DNA of 62,875 bases, counting the filler, from Stramenopiles sp. TOSAG23-6 (Eukaryota), in the NCBI GenBank assembly GCA_900128565.1. It is 9 parts of 9 records of this genome, joined end to end, with 100 filler letters (N's around TTAATTAATTAA, not from the genome) between each part and the next. Parts side by side here need not be neighbours in the genome. Positions count along the whole stretch, not along the records: positions 1 to 11,327 come from LT636268.1; 8 more parts are not named here. One strand, 5' to 3'. Below, one piece after another: positions 1 through 11,427 of the stretch (within the stretch, counting starts at the first letter, position 1; each line of letters starts with the position of its first letter). A program made the position numbers and the translations under genes. The notes below the pieces were generated by a model. It saw nothing but the letters and a program-made list of their open reading frames with translations. It was not told the origin of the DNA and searched no databases.

Positions 1-1228
1 CTGAAGCACCCACAAAATTTATTCCTTTTTTATTATTACTATTATATTCTTTTTTGTGATTGTTGCTTATACCATTTTCTCTAAATATTGTTTTACTTTG
101 AGCGACAGAAGATTTTTTCGTAGTATCAACATAATCACTTGCAAATCTTTGGTATTTATGATTATTAGGGTTAGGGTTATCAACATAATCACTTGCAAAT
201 CTTTGGTATTTATGATTATTTTTCATTGGCCCTTCCACACTCATCTTCCATCCTTTTTCGAAAAGCATCTGATTGACTCTTGAGTCTTCACACATGGAGC
301 TGTTATTAGCACTGTTGCATGAAGTTTGCTGAAACGAATCAGTTTTCTCATTTTCAGAACACTTTGAATTTTTGACACTTTTTCTATAATTACTATCAAT
401 CGGAGGAATGTCGTTTTCTTCGCACAAATTTATAGGCTGATTTGAACTAATTCTGTGAACTACTGTTGTTGGTACTGAATGTACTGCAACTTCATCATCT
501 AAAATAACCGTGTTTCGTGTTTCGTTCTTCATGCTGGATATTTTTTCCACATTTATTTTCTCGGAAGTTTCCTTTGTGATTTTACCTTTTTTCGACCCGG
601 ATAAAATAGGATTTAAAAATGTAAATGGATTTTCACTGCTTATACTATCATTACATACACTATCATTACTATCGGTAGTTGTATTTTTTTCCACGTCAGG
701 GACACTATTGTCGGCAACAATGACGGGAGAATTGATAGGATCTGAAAATCTATCAAGAGTTTCCATAAACGAGCAAGCTTCAATTGGCTGAATACTATCT
801 GGAACAGCAACTACACATACACCTGCTTTACCATTTACTGTAGTATTATCTTTAAATCGAACGACGCAATTCACAACACTAGTAGGGGTCAAAGCAACAG
901 GTGCTGATGGAGGCTTCTCACGCAGAACTTCTACTTTTCTAGGTATATGGATATCTACCATCTGGTTCCGTGGAAGAGTCGTAGAACAAACAACTGGACT
1001 AGTAATGACTTCAGAAGTAACATCATTCTTTGCAGAATCATATATAGTTTCAAAATGATCATTTTTCGTTTGAACAAAAGGAGTTGTTGGGTTTGTTCTC
1101 ATCGGCTGAGGAGTCGACTCTAGGGAATGTCTATTCACTCCTATTGGTGAAATACTATAACTTCGTCCAGAATCAGTTCGCTCAAACGAGAAACCCTCAT
1201 CAGCCGTAACATTTACATAAGATTCCAT
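1..1228 (-). CDS. Hypothetical low-complexity protein, 3'-partial (runs off window start)
   Basis: ATG at 1228 (MESYVNVTADEG...); frame appears open to the window edge; not in ORF track because no stop is reached. Confidence 0.7.
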   Translation of the reverse strand, partial: MESYVNVTADEGFSFERTDSGRSYSISPIGVNRHSLESTPQPMRTNPTTPFVQTKNDHFETIYDSAKNDVTSEVITSPVVCSTTLPRNQMVDIHIPRKVEVLREKPPSAPVALTPTSVVNCVVRFKDNTTVNGKAGVCVVAVPDSIQPIEACSFMETLDRFSDPINSPVIVADNSVPDVEKNTTTDSNDSVCNDSISSENPFTFLNPILSGSKKGKITKETSEKINVEKISSMKNETRNTVILDDEVAVHSVPTTVVHRISSNQPINLCEENDIPPIDSNYRKSVKNSKCSENEKTDSFQQTSCNSANNSSMCEDSRVNQMLFEKGWKMSVEGPMKNNHKYQRFASDYVDNPNPNNHKYQRFASDYVDTTKKSSVAQSKTIFRENGISNNHKKEYNSNNKKGINFVGAS

Positions 1229-1668
1229 TGCAATATACTCACCTTAACATTTAAAAGATGGATATCAAAATTCAAGAACAAGCAAAAACGATATACGTCT
1301 GATGGTGATCCCTGTTGTTTCTCCCTATCACTCTCTCTACCGGTCACTCATGTGAAGCCACACTGAATCTACTGTTTTTGTACCAAATTTTGTACCAAAA
1401 TTTAATCTAGAATTTTTTGCAAGCATCATCATCTGATGGCTGGGTTCTGGGTACCACATATTTTCAATACCAGGTAGACCTCTCACTTACCACACAAACA
1501 TTCCTCCTACGTTGACTAAAAGTTCATATGAAAAAGGACCTCGCGCGGATTAACTCTGTATTATTCAATAGACTATATTTTTCCAGTATCTGTAGACACT
1601 ACTACACAACAGGCTGAAAATTTCAGATTGCATCATTATTCGGTTTAATATCGTGTGTTGTTTGAGTA

Positions 1669-4600
1669 ATGGTTCCTAATTGGATAAAAAAGGGAATACG
1701 AAAACGTCCTTACTCTGAAGTTGCTGGAGTTGTGAATGGAACTCTTCCTCAGGAAAGTGGACCTCCCATAACGCCCGATCATATGTCCATCAAAGAACTA
1801 TCCACGAAATCGTCAAGTGCGATACAAATAAATGATGAAAATGTAAATTCTCGAAATATTCAGGTGGTTCAATCTAAGAATGTGTCTAAAAAAAAAGGAA
1901 AAAAGCGTAAAAAACAGACAGTCGAAGAAAAGAAAAATTTCGCCGAACGCATGGCAAAAGGCAGAGCAGAAAAACGACGCAAGCAAGCAGCGCAGACAGC
2001 AATTGATGAATTAAACAAAGACGTCTCTGAAATTGTAGATGAGAGTGAAGTAAATGAAGAAGAGGAATGCGTCGGTAATCGTAGAAGTTCGCGTTCTCGA
2101 GTATCCAGGTATATGCAAATTGACGGACAAACTGTTTTGAAAGCAAATAATTATACAATGGAACAAGGGGAACTTTCAGTGTATTCGCGTGAAGCTCGAG
2201 GTACGTTTGATGCATCCTCAAATGATATTAAGAGACCTGTTCGAAATGCATATATGCTATTTATGTCAGAATTTGAAGCCCCAACAGAAGACAATAGACC
2301 TTATATACAGCAAGCTTCGGAAACATGGCAAGGTCTTTCAGATGCTAAGAGAATGGAATTTAAACGCCGTCACCAACAAATGGAAGAAAAATGGTTAGAA
2401 ACGGTTGAAAATAATAAAAGAAAAGCTCAAGAAAAAATAGCTGCAGAAAAATTAGCCGATCAAAATAGGCAAATTTTAGCAAATAAACAACGCGACGAAG
2501 AATGGCAAAAACTAAATGAAAAACGCAAAATGAGTAAAGCTGCAAAAATGAAGGCACAAGGTAAAGATCGTGTGTTTGATCTGAGTACTATAGAAGGTCG
2601 TCGCCTTAAGCATAATAAATCAATGAAAGCTGAACGAGAGTCAGTTATTGCTCTACGGAATACAGTTTTTGCATATTATCGAAATAATCTCAAAGGATTT
2701 ACTGAAAATATCCCTCATGCCCTTTCAACATCTGAGTATGATGTAATGACGGCAGGGCTCGTGGATACTGAAGGCGCCCCATGTGTATCTCAACCAAGTA
2801 TTATTGTTAATGGTACTATGAGAAATTATCAATTGAAAAGTTTGGAATGGCTACTTTGGATGTATGTACGTTTTCATCAGAAATTTCAATTTTATTTATT
2901 TTCATACGAAATTTCGTACCTAACAAATTTTATAAAAAAAATATTTTTTCACAATATATGATCATGGTATGAATCCAATTCTCGCTGATGAAATGGGATT
3001 AGGTAAAACGTTGCAGACAATTGCATATTTAGCTGCATTAAAAGAGAGGGGCGTGTGTGGTCCACATGTACGTTTTCATTATGAATTTCTAATGTATTTT
3101 TGTTTCATATGAAATTTTGTAATTAATGATTTTTTTGATTTTTTTGTTTTTCACAATACATCTTGTTGTTGTGCCATTGAGCGTAATGAGTTCATGGATG
3201 AGTGAGTTTCGTCGTTGGTGTCCATCGCTACGTGTAGTTCGCTTGCATTCACAAGACAAACATGAAAGAATGCGTTTGCGTACATTTTCAAAATTGAAAT
3301 TCGTTTTTTTTTTTATCATATAAAATTTTGTATCTAACCAAAAAAATCAAATATTTGAAATATTTTCCTACAATATATGTACCCATGTAATTGCCGATGT
3401 CAAGAATTATGACGTCATTGTAACTACATATGATTATGTTAAAGTGAAGGAAATGAGACACACTTTGAGTTCTCGCATAGCTTGGAGATGTCTTGTACTT
3501 GACGAGGGTCACAAACTGAAAAATGATGAAGCTGAAATTAGCCTGGCAATGCGACGTGTTAATTGTCAATCAATACTATTATTAACTGGAACTCCTTTGC
3601 AAAATAATTTACATGAGTTATGGTCTCTATTGAATTTTTTATACCCTAAAATATTTCCCGAATCGATTGCATTTGATGACGCATTTAGTTTAAATGGTTC
3701 CCAGATGCAAATTAAACGAGACGTATTGTCAAGAGCACATCATCTTATGGTTCCTCTAATGTTACGCCGTGTGAAACATGAAGTCGAAACTATGCTTCCT
3801 CCAAGAGTTGAAACAATTATCAAATGTCCATTGAGTGAAATGCAGAATTTTTGGTATAAACGTTTGTTGTTGAAGAATTCTGCCATGTTACAAGGATTGG
3901 AAGAAAGACAAATTTTAAAAGAGAAGGGGGAAAATGTCGGACAAAACTCTGGTGGTGAATGGAAAAAATTGAAAAGTTTAATGATGCAACTTAGGAAATG
4001 TTGTAATCATCCATTTCTATTTCCTAATGTTGAAAATACACTTGCAGATGCTGATGAATTGATCAACGAAGATGGTGCTGCAAATGAATCAATCGTAAAA
4101 GCATCTGGAAAAATGGAGAACTTGGATCGTTTGCTTACTGGGTTGTTTGCAAATGGTCATCGTGTAGTCATATTTTCACAATTTACAAGATTTTTAGATA
4201 TTGTAGATGATTATCTTCAACTTCGTGGCTATCAATTCGCAAGACTAGATGGAGGAACAAATCGCGTACAACGTATGGTCGACATACAAGAGTTCAATAA
4301 ACCTAATTCTCCATTAGTTGCATTCATTATGAGCACAAAAGCAGGTGGTTTGGGTGTAAATCTTCAGACTGCTGATACAGTTATTCTTCTAGATAGTGAT
4401 TGGAATCCACAAAATGATTTGCAAGCGATGGCTAGAGTTCATCGTATTGGTCAGACTAAGTTGTGTCATGTATATCGTATGGTAAGTTCCGGTACGATGG
4501 AAGAACGAATTGTACAACGTGCTCAAAAGAAATTATTTCTAGATACAATGGTCAATCGTGGTTCCACCTCTAATGCTAAAGCGGTAGAAAAATTAGGTAG

Positions 4601-7600
4601 CAAAGAACTTCTTGAAGCTTTGTCCTTTGGTGTAGAGCGATTGTTTGACAAGAAAAATGATAATGATTCATTGGAGAAAGATAGATATTTGAGTGAAAGT
4701 GAGGTAGCTTCTATAATTGACCGTTCAAAAACAAAAGAATCTGTGAAAATCTCAGTTAATAATGAAGATGATAATACTAATGATGTATCTGAAAGTTCAT
4801 CTACAGCAACTACGATGAAATCTTCGTCAGTGAGTCTACAAAGTGGTCAGCGCCAAACTCTTGCATCATATGATGAAGTCGCACCAATGACAAAATTAAC
4901 ATTTTTTCAAGGACAAGATTTCCGTGCTGGGGGTGTTGCTACATATAAAGATATGGCAGATGCTTGGGTCGAAGAACTTAAATCTAAGCGGAAAGCGCGT
5001 GAAAGAAAGTCTAGATATATGCAAATTGATGGACAAACTGTTTTGAAAGCAAATAACTATACGATGAATCAAGGGGAACCTTCTGTGTTTCATCAAGAAA
5101 ATAGAAAAAATAAAGACGAACAAGTAGCTATCGTTGCTCAAACTGGTCCACAACGTGCTGGTCGTGATTATGAGCATGAATCACAGTGTTTGTATTGTTG
5201 GGACGGTGGTGATTTAGTGTGTTGTGATGGGTGTCCTGCTTCTTTTCACTTAGAATGTTTAGGATTATCAAAAGCTTCTTTAGATAATATGAAATTTCAA
5301 TGGTACGTTTTCATATTGAATTTCAAATTTTGTTTTTATACCAAATTCTGTACCTAACGATTTTCGGATTTTACATTTTTTTTCACATTACATGTATTGT
5401 CCTCATCACTCATGTATAGAATGTGGTCGCAAGGCTGCTGCGGTAGGTGGTCTTATTTTCCGATGTGAGGTTTGTCCTACTAGTTATTGCGAGGATCATT
5501 TACCTGATATTGCACGAAATAACATTACAAACAAATGTAAAAGATTTCAAAATCTCGGCCAAAATCATCCGAAACAAGCTTGTTTTGTGCTTTGTTCTGA
5601 AAAATGTCAAATCTTCCACAAGGCAACAAATGGTGGTTCTAATTTAAGTATTTTTAATACTTTGGAAAATAAGGAGAAAGCAATGCGGAACGCAGAACGA
5701 GATTTAAAGAAAGAGAAACAGAAAAAAACTCGTGATGCGTTGGCATGGCATAAAACAAAATCAGACGAACGCAAACAATGGTATGGCAACAGCACATCTG
5801 ATAAATTTGACAGTACAAATAGTAAAAATAAATCGTCTGAGTCTTCATTGATAAAAACAGAAGAAAATACAGAATGTTATAAAAAAACTCGTTCAAAATC
5901 ATTATTAAATGAAAATCGGTGGTTCAAAGGTATGCGATTAAAAGTTGATTATATGGGTAGACAATATTCCGCTAAAGTAGTTCGAACATCTAAAACTGCT
6001 TTGTATGTAAAGTATAGTGATGGATCACAAGAGGATATCTTATGGGAAGATGTCGAGGAGCGGGTTATTAAAGTCCCTGTAAAAAAGAAATCTGAAAATG
6101 TCATTTTGCCTCCACAAGACGAAATTAAAAATGAAGACAATCAAATAAATTTCATTTTGCCTCCACAAGACGAAATTAAAAATGAAGACAATCAAATAAG
6201 TATACATGATAAGTTGGAAGAAAAAAACGATGTAAACCAGAATGAAGAAAAAAAAGATAGTTACCAGAAAGAAGACGACGTAATACAAAATAAAGTTGTT
6301 GAGAAAAAAGTAGCTTCAAATTGGGAAAAACTCTCCCTTAACACTTCTTTGATACCTGGGTTTGTTCAAGGTCGCTTTGCTGTTGTAATTTCAGCTGGTT
6401 TGTCTAGCCTTCCATTATATGCATTATCTGGGTTTAGTAAACGTTTAGAAAATTTGCGGCTCGATGATATGAAATATTTATATGAACTTATCTACTTAAA
6501 AACAATTCCTCGAGATGAGGAGCAAGCTAAATTTGAAATTAAAAGTTGGGTTGGTGTAGGCATTAAATTAGATTTAAAAGCAGAGTCACATTCAGAAGTA
6601 GTTAGTTTATTAAATCAATCTGATTTAATGAATAATGTTTCTATTCTATACCTTCGAATTGTGAGATCGCTTCAGCGACCGGTTCGCGAAGGAGGGCTAT
6701 CAAAGTCACAAGTTTCGAATTTTGTAAAACTTTTTGATTTAAAAGGTGAAAAGGGACAAAAATTGGATAACTTTTCGGTTCCTTCTATTGCTGAATTGAT
6801 TGCGTTTTTCCTCGTATTTCCTAGTGCTATACACCAGAGAATTAGAGTGAATGAAGCATTCAAACATACAATAAAAGATTTCGATGTGAAGGGTCGTATT
6901 ATTATGAGAAAAAAAAATGGTAGAGATATAAGATTGTATGAATGTCTAGAAAATGAAACAATTAAAAGGATTGCTAAAACGTTTGGATGTGAAGTTCAAA
7001 CTATTCTAAACATTAATAGCAAAAAAATTAAAGGACTTAACGCGAGTAATTTACTTATCGGGGGTACAGAAATTGCATTACCTGTTGCTGTTTGTAGAGA
7101 ATTATGTAGGAATCAAAATTATTTTGGAAAACATGTTCACTCTATCTTTGATTCCGATCATTTTGGTCCCTTTTCAACACTACGTGATGAAATTAAAGAC
7201 GAATATACTGTTCAACCAATTAGAAGTTTTTTTGATAATAATGTGAAATTGATTGAAGAATTCGAATGGGAATGTAATTTTGATGGTTTCACATTGGGAC
7301 CATCGAACTGTTTTGCATCAAAAAAACGAGGAAAATCTGGCATGGACAAAATTGTTAATGAAATTCAATTGTATCGTAGGCAATTATCTCAACTCGTGGT
7401 TAAATTTGCAAAGGAAGAGCGCGATAGGTTGGGTAAAGAAAAATTAATTAAGCTATTTACCCGAGAAATCTTTGATCAAAATGAGAAAAAAAGATTGATA
7501 GAATTTGATACAATGGTTTCTTCATTATGGAATTTACATACTCATGGTATTTTTATGAAGCAAATTGAATTTCTTCGTGGGAATTTTGCTGGTGTAAAGG

Positions 7601-8820
7601 AAATAAGGTATGTCATTTTTCCAGACGAAACGAAAATGAATATTGGTATTGCAATGGAATCCGAATTTGGTAGAGTAAGTGCTGAACCAAAACATGGGAA
7701 TGACGCTTTGAAGCGACCTGACACAAATGATGCTATACTCTCTGCTCTTGATATGCAAGATTTTGATTGGCGAAAAATAGTGTCCCACAAGGAAACTTTA
7801 CTTCGTGGTTTTCCATCTAATGGGTCAAATATTAATACACAACAACAAACGTATACAGAAGAATGTCTAGAAGATGCGAAAGAGAAATCCATTCTTGTTG
7901 TTTCAAAAGTACTTGAATTGTGTCCAACGTTTTTTTCTATGACACTTCACAATCAATTTGCTTATTTCAAATTGGAATGTTTTTCATATTCTGATGACTC
8001 TTCCTATTACATTAACCATTTACTACCAATGATTTCTAACTTGATAGATAGTGCACAGAATTCAAGTGTATCTCAAGGCAAAGTTACTAGTGCAGACGTT
8101 GAGACAGAATCTGAAACAGAATCAGTGTATGATGGTAATGATTCAAACGTTGAGGCAGAATCTGAAACAGAATCAGTGTATGACCCTAACCCTAACCCTA
8201 ATAAATCAGCACCGGATCCAATAGCCGAATATCCCATCATACAGATTACAGTACCTCCAGATGTTGAATGCGGCAAGCCTTATGAATTTAATTATTGTGG
8301 GCTCGTGATCAATATAATTTGTCCTCATTTTCCACCTGATACCCCACGTGATGTGCGTGTAAGTGTACCAATTACAAAGCCTGATTTGAATGTTATCCCA
8401 GAAAAAGGTCTTGAAACAAACGGTGAGTTTCTCAATGAGCTCAATGTTGCAGAAAATACAAAGGAACAATTACCACAACAACAACACTCGCTAGCTCAAG
8501 GTGCTACTGTTGGTAATGGAGCTGACCAGACAACAGGAAAATCAAAAGAGCTCCTCGCTGAACAGAAGAAAGATACCCAAGTAACAGAAACTGAAAATTC
8601 AGTACCTAATGACGAAGGAGAAGCTTCTATTGAAACAAACCTTCATCAATCTTTTGTTTTGGAAGATATGATAAAGAAATCATGTTTACAAAATGATGTT
8701 TCTGGTGTAGCAGTCTCTGTTACTGCGGCAGACTGGGCTGCTGTGGGTATTTTGCAATCTACAGAGACTGAATTATCAATATCGGAAGAAAAACAACAAC
8801 AAGAGGAAAAAAGAATATAA
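1669..8820 (+). CDS. SNF2/ISWI-like chromatin-remodelling ATPase with HMG-box, PHD fingers, Tudor-like and LysM-like domains; join(1669..2865,2960..3067,3162..3279,3379..5302,5394..8820)
   Basis: After removing 4 introns: [134 protein letters not shown]. Confidence 0.92.
2866..2959 (+). other. Non-canonical intron (GT-AT), family member
   Basis: GTACGTTTT...GTACCTAAC...CACAATATAT; restores [16 protein letters not shown]. Confidence 0.9.
3068..3161 (+). other. Non-canonical intron (GT-AT)
   Basis: GTACGTTTT...CACAATACAT; restores [10 protein letters not shown]; contains no AG. Confidence 0.9.
3280..3378 (+). other. Non-canonical intron (GT-AT)
   Basis: GTACATTTT...GTATCTAAC...CAATATAT; restores frame into DVIVTTYD. 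Confidence 0.85.
5303..5393 (+). other. Non-canonical intron (GT-AT)
   Basis: TG|GTACGT...CATTACAT|G restores PHD W-Y-C-P-H-H. Confidence 0.9.
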
Positions 8821-8848
8821 TAGTAATAATAAAAAAGGAATAAATTTT

Positions 8849-9760
8849 GTGGGTGCTTCAGCGAGAACAAAAAGTCAAAAACGAAAGTTAAATAGTGGGA
8901 CTTCTGCAAATGATGCAATATGTTTATCTGACGATGATGTCATTGCGTATTCAAAGTCTTTTCTTGGAACTCAAGGATATGTAAGAAAGCCAAATACCAA
9001 AATAGGTACATGCAAGCGTATAAAAACAAATATTAAAATATCAAGTCCAGCCGCTACTATGGGAATGTTTGCAGGTTATAGTGAAAACAAAACATATACC
9101 AAAAGAAATTTTGCAAAGAAACCTAAATGTGTACCAGTCATGAGACGACGTCCACACGAAAGAGATGTACAATATATTCCTAACCCTGCTAAACGTGAAC
9201 CACCAAAACCAAAACCAAATATATTTCCCCAACTTGCTTCCCGTATTGCGAAATCATTTTTCCAAGGCCGTTGTGTAACTGCTAATCATAATCCCAGTGC
9301 TATCACTTCGGATCAAGACATACTTCAATGGCAGTGTAATTTAACTCACAATTTCAAAGCATCCATTGCTAAAATGGTGAGAACTCGTTCTTGTCCAGTG
9401 TGTCGTAATGCCACAAATGCATATGACAGAGAAGCTCAGTGGAGAAATACTGCTCGAAATACTCAAGCAGAATTATTCGAAGAAGCAAAACGAAAGATGA
9501 AAAGCCAATGGAATACGTATCATCAGTCAGAACAAAATAAACAGAAGGGTAACTCAAATCAAAGATATACTTCAAAACAGGACAAAAAACGCCTTGATGC
9601 GTTAAAAGTTTTAGGATTGAGAAATTTTCGCGCAACACAACAAGAAATCAAAGCTAGATATAAACTCCTTGCAAAACAGTTTCATCCAGATAAGAATAAA
9701 TCGCCTGGAGCTGAAGAGACTTTTAAACGGATATCAACTGCTTATGCATATTTTAAATAA
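8849..9760 (+). CDS. Zinc-ribbon (DUF4379-like) plus C-terminal DnaJ-domain ORF; start uncertain
   Basis: WQCNLTHNFKASI...SCPVC; J-domain LKVLGL...IKARYKLLAKQFHPDKNK...FKRISTAY; first in-frame ATG only at 9059. Confidence 0.75.
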   Translation: MGASARTKSQKRKLNSGTSANDAICLSDDDVIAYSKSFLGTQGYVRKPNTKIGTCKRIKTNIKISSPAATMGMFAGYSENKTYTKRNFAKKPKCVPVMRRRPHERDVQYIPNPAKREPPKPKPNIFPQLASRIAKSFFQGRCVTANHNPSAITSDQDILQWQCNLTHNFKASIAKMVRTRSCPVCRNATNAYDREAQWRNTARNTQAELFEEAKRKMKSQWNTYHQSEQNKQKGNSNQRYTSKQDKKRLDALKVLGLRNFRATQQEIKARYKLLAKQFHPDKNKSPGAEETFKRISTAYAYFK

Positions 9761-9875
9761 ATACTACTTGAAAGATTTGATGTATTCAACAAATTTTAAT
9801 TGAATTTTAATATTTATTTTTCGAATGGTACCAAAATGTAAAATATCAGACATAGTTATTGTTTTTGTTATCCAT

Positions 9876-11327
9876 TTATCTATACATTGTGACAAATTTA
9901 CCTTTCTCTTCTGCATTTTTGAGTAATTTCGCATTTTTTTCTAATTTATTTTTCATTTTTCTTGCCTCACGAAGTCTTATTTGTTTTAATTTTTGTTTCA
10001 TTTTCATTCCTGCTGCAATGGAGGTAAGGCCTTTTATTTTAGCATTGCTGAATTTCTTTACTTCGTTAACTCGGGTCCATGCAAATTCAAGCATTGCAAT
10101 AAATTTACCACTATCTTCCAAATCAATACTTTTCAAACCAGCTGAGCAGATACTATTGAACCCTCCAACCTTTACTGAATAAGTACCAGAAATAATCGGT
10201 ACTTCAGCACTATCGTCAACAATCCCTAAAACTAGCTCTGTATTGCGAATTTTTTTTCCAAAATGAAATATGTATTCCTTTCGAATCCTGAATGAGTCTG
10301 ATTCCCTAAGCTTTTTGACAGGGATCTTTATATACTGGAGATTATCTGTTGATTTACTACTGCATTTGGTAGATAAATGCTGCCGAATAATATGGCGAAT
10401 GCGATCATGATTTGATTCCTTGTTGGAATTCATCAAGTGATCAGAGAGAATCATGTAAATACTTATATTTTCGCTTTGTCGAAATGCATCCTCGCTAAAG
10501 TTCAAGAGATTTTCCAAAATCACAAGTAAATATTGGCCTCTTTCATGTGGTCCGCCCAAATCTTCATTCCCCTCACACCAATACCCTAACATGCCAAGGC
10601 CCATTCGATATGCTTCTCTTTTCCTCTTGAATAAATCTGCAGACTCATCTTCCGCGGATTTGCGTATTAAATGCCCTCTCTGTATACTCTGTAGCTTTGT
10701 GACAGCTTCATGAACAGTTTTGTATACTCTCGAAACTTTTCTTTTGAGATCAATAAAGTCATGCGCTTGGGCTGTTCTAAAAGCGTTCAAACTAATTGCA
10801 CCAGTACCATCAACGTCAAAATCTTTGAAATCTTTTTCTGTGCCAAATTTATGAGTAGTAAAATCTAACAACGATACTAATTTATCACCTTTTTCATTGA
10901 TTTTCGGAAGATTTTGGTTCTTCCGAGAAAATTGTGTTAAAATATTTTCAACAGTTTTCTTTGGAGTTAAATCAAAACTTTTCTCCTTTGCTGTGTTTCG
11001 TTTTTTATCTTTTGCTTCATTTACTCTTTTTCGTTTTTCTTCTAATTGCTGTATCACTTGTTGTTTTCTGAGAAGCAATTCCTTCATTCTTTTATTGACT
11101 ATTGACTCTTTTTTTGTAACTATCGGAGAAATCTCATTTGTTTTATTTCGTTTTTCTTTTAACTGTTGTACAAGTTGTTGTTTTCTGAGATTCATTTCTT
11201 TTTGGTGTTGCTCGAACTTCACTTTCAGTACTTTTTCTTTTTTGAGACGCATTTCTTCCATTTTTTTACTCATTTCCTTCATTTTTCGTTTTTGGGTTTC
11301 AATTTGTTCTTTTGTTTTATTCTGAGA
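9876..11327 (-). CDS. Coiled-coil protein with EF-hand-like and IQ motifs, 5'-partial
   Basis: 468-aa ORF open to the linker; FKDFDVDGTGAISLNAF, KLQSIQRGHLIRK. Confidence 0.65.
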   Translation of the reverse strand, partial: SQNKTKEQIETQKRKMKEMSKKMEEMRLKKEKVLKVKFEQHQKEMNLRKQQLVQQLKEKRNKTNEISPIVTKKESIVNKRMKELLLRKQQVIQQLEEKRKRVNEAKDKKRNTAKEKSFDLTPKKTVENILTQFSRKNQNLPKINEKGDKLVSLLDFTTHKFGTEKDFKDFDVDGTGAISLNAFRTAQAHDFIDLKRKVSRVYKTVHEAVTKLQSIQRGHLIRKSAEDESADLFKRKREAYRMGLGMLGYWCEGNEDLGGPHERGQYLLVILENLLNFSEDAFRQSENISIYMILSDHLMNSNKESNHDRIRHIIRQHLSTKCSSKSTDNLQYIKIPVKKLRESDSFRIRKEYIFHFGKKIRNTELVLGIVDDSAEVPIISGTYSVKVGGFNSICSAGLKSIDLEDSGKFIAMLEFAWTRVNEVKKFSNAKIKGLTSIAAGMKMKQKLKQIRLREARKMKNKLEKNAKLLKNAEEKGKFVTMYR

Positions 11328-11427
11328 NNNNNNNNNNNNNNNNNNNNNNNNNNNNNNNNNNNNNNNNNNNNTTAATTAATTAANNNNNNNNNNNNNNNNN
11401 NNNNNNNNNNNNNNNNNNNNNNNNNNN
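11328..11427. other. Artificial contig linker (also 22741-22840, 34144-34243, 45546-45645, 56930-57029, 58418-58517, 59905-60004, 61391-61490)
   Basis: Identical 100-nt N44-TTAATTAATTAA-N44 (stops in six frames); contigs appear length-sorted (~11.3 kb, then ~1.39 kb). Confidence 0.97.

Noticed and set aside
2864-2957. Reading the introns as classical U12 AT-AC introns
   Set aside because: Donor would be ATGTAYGT, not ATATCCTT; 8 donors lack the AT; the PHD Trp at 5301 needs the GT register. Kept only as a formal alternative register.
2866-5393. Genes as pseudogenes disrupted by transposon insertions
   Set aside because: Exons are otherwise intact, precise removal restores frame, and inserts are strictly sense-oriented.
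6103-6200. Simple exonic tandem duplications (6103-6200, 25626-25673, 26850-26930, 34867-34990, 56280-56400)
   Set aside because: Ordinary in-frame duplications in low-complexity regions with no telomeric junction.
1669-8820. Alternative genetic code as the cause of fragmented ORFs
   Set aside because: Breaks coincide with the inserts and change frame; intronless genes end normally in TAA/TAG.
10897-11325. Many short F/L/I-rich ORFs antisense to real genes (e.g. 510-791, 10897-11325, 56101-56778)
   Set aside because: Shadow ORFs of Lys/Glu/Asn-rich coding strands.
11328-11427. Recurring TTAATTAATTAA palindrome flanked by Ns
   Set aside because: Artificial six-frame-stop linker; gene neighbourhoods across it are not biological.
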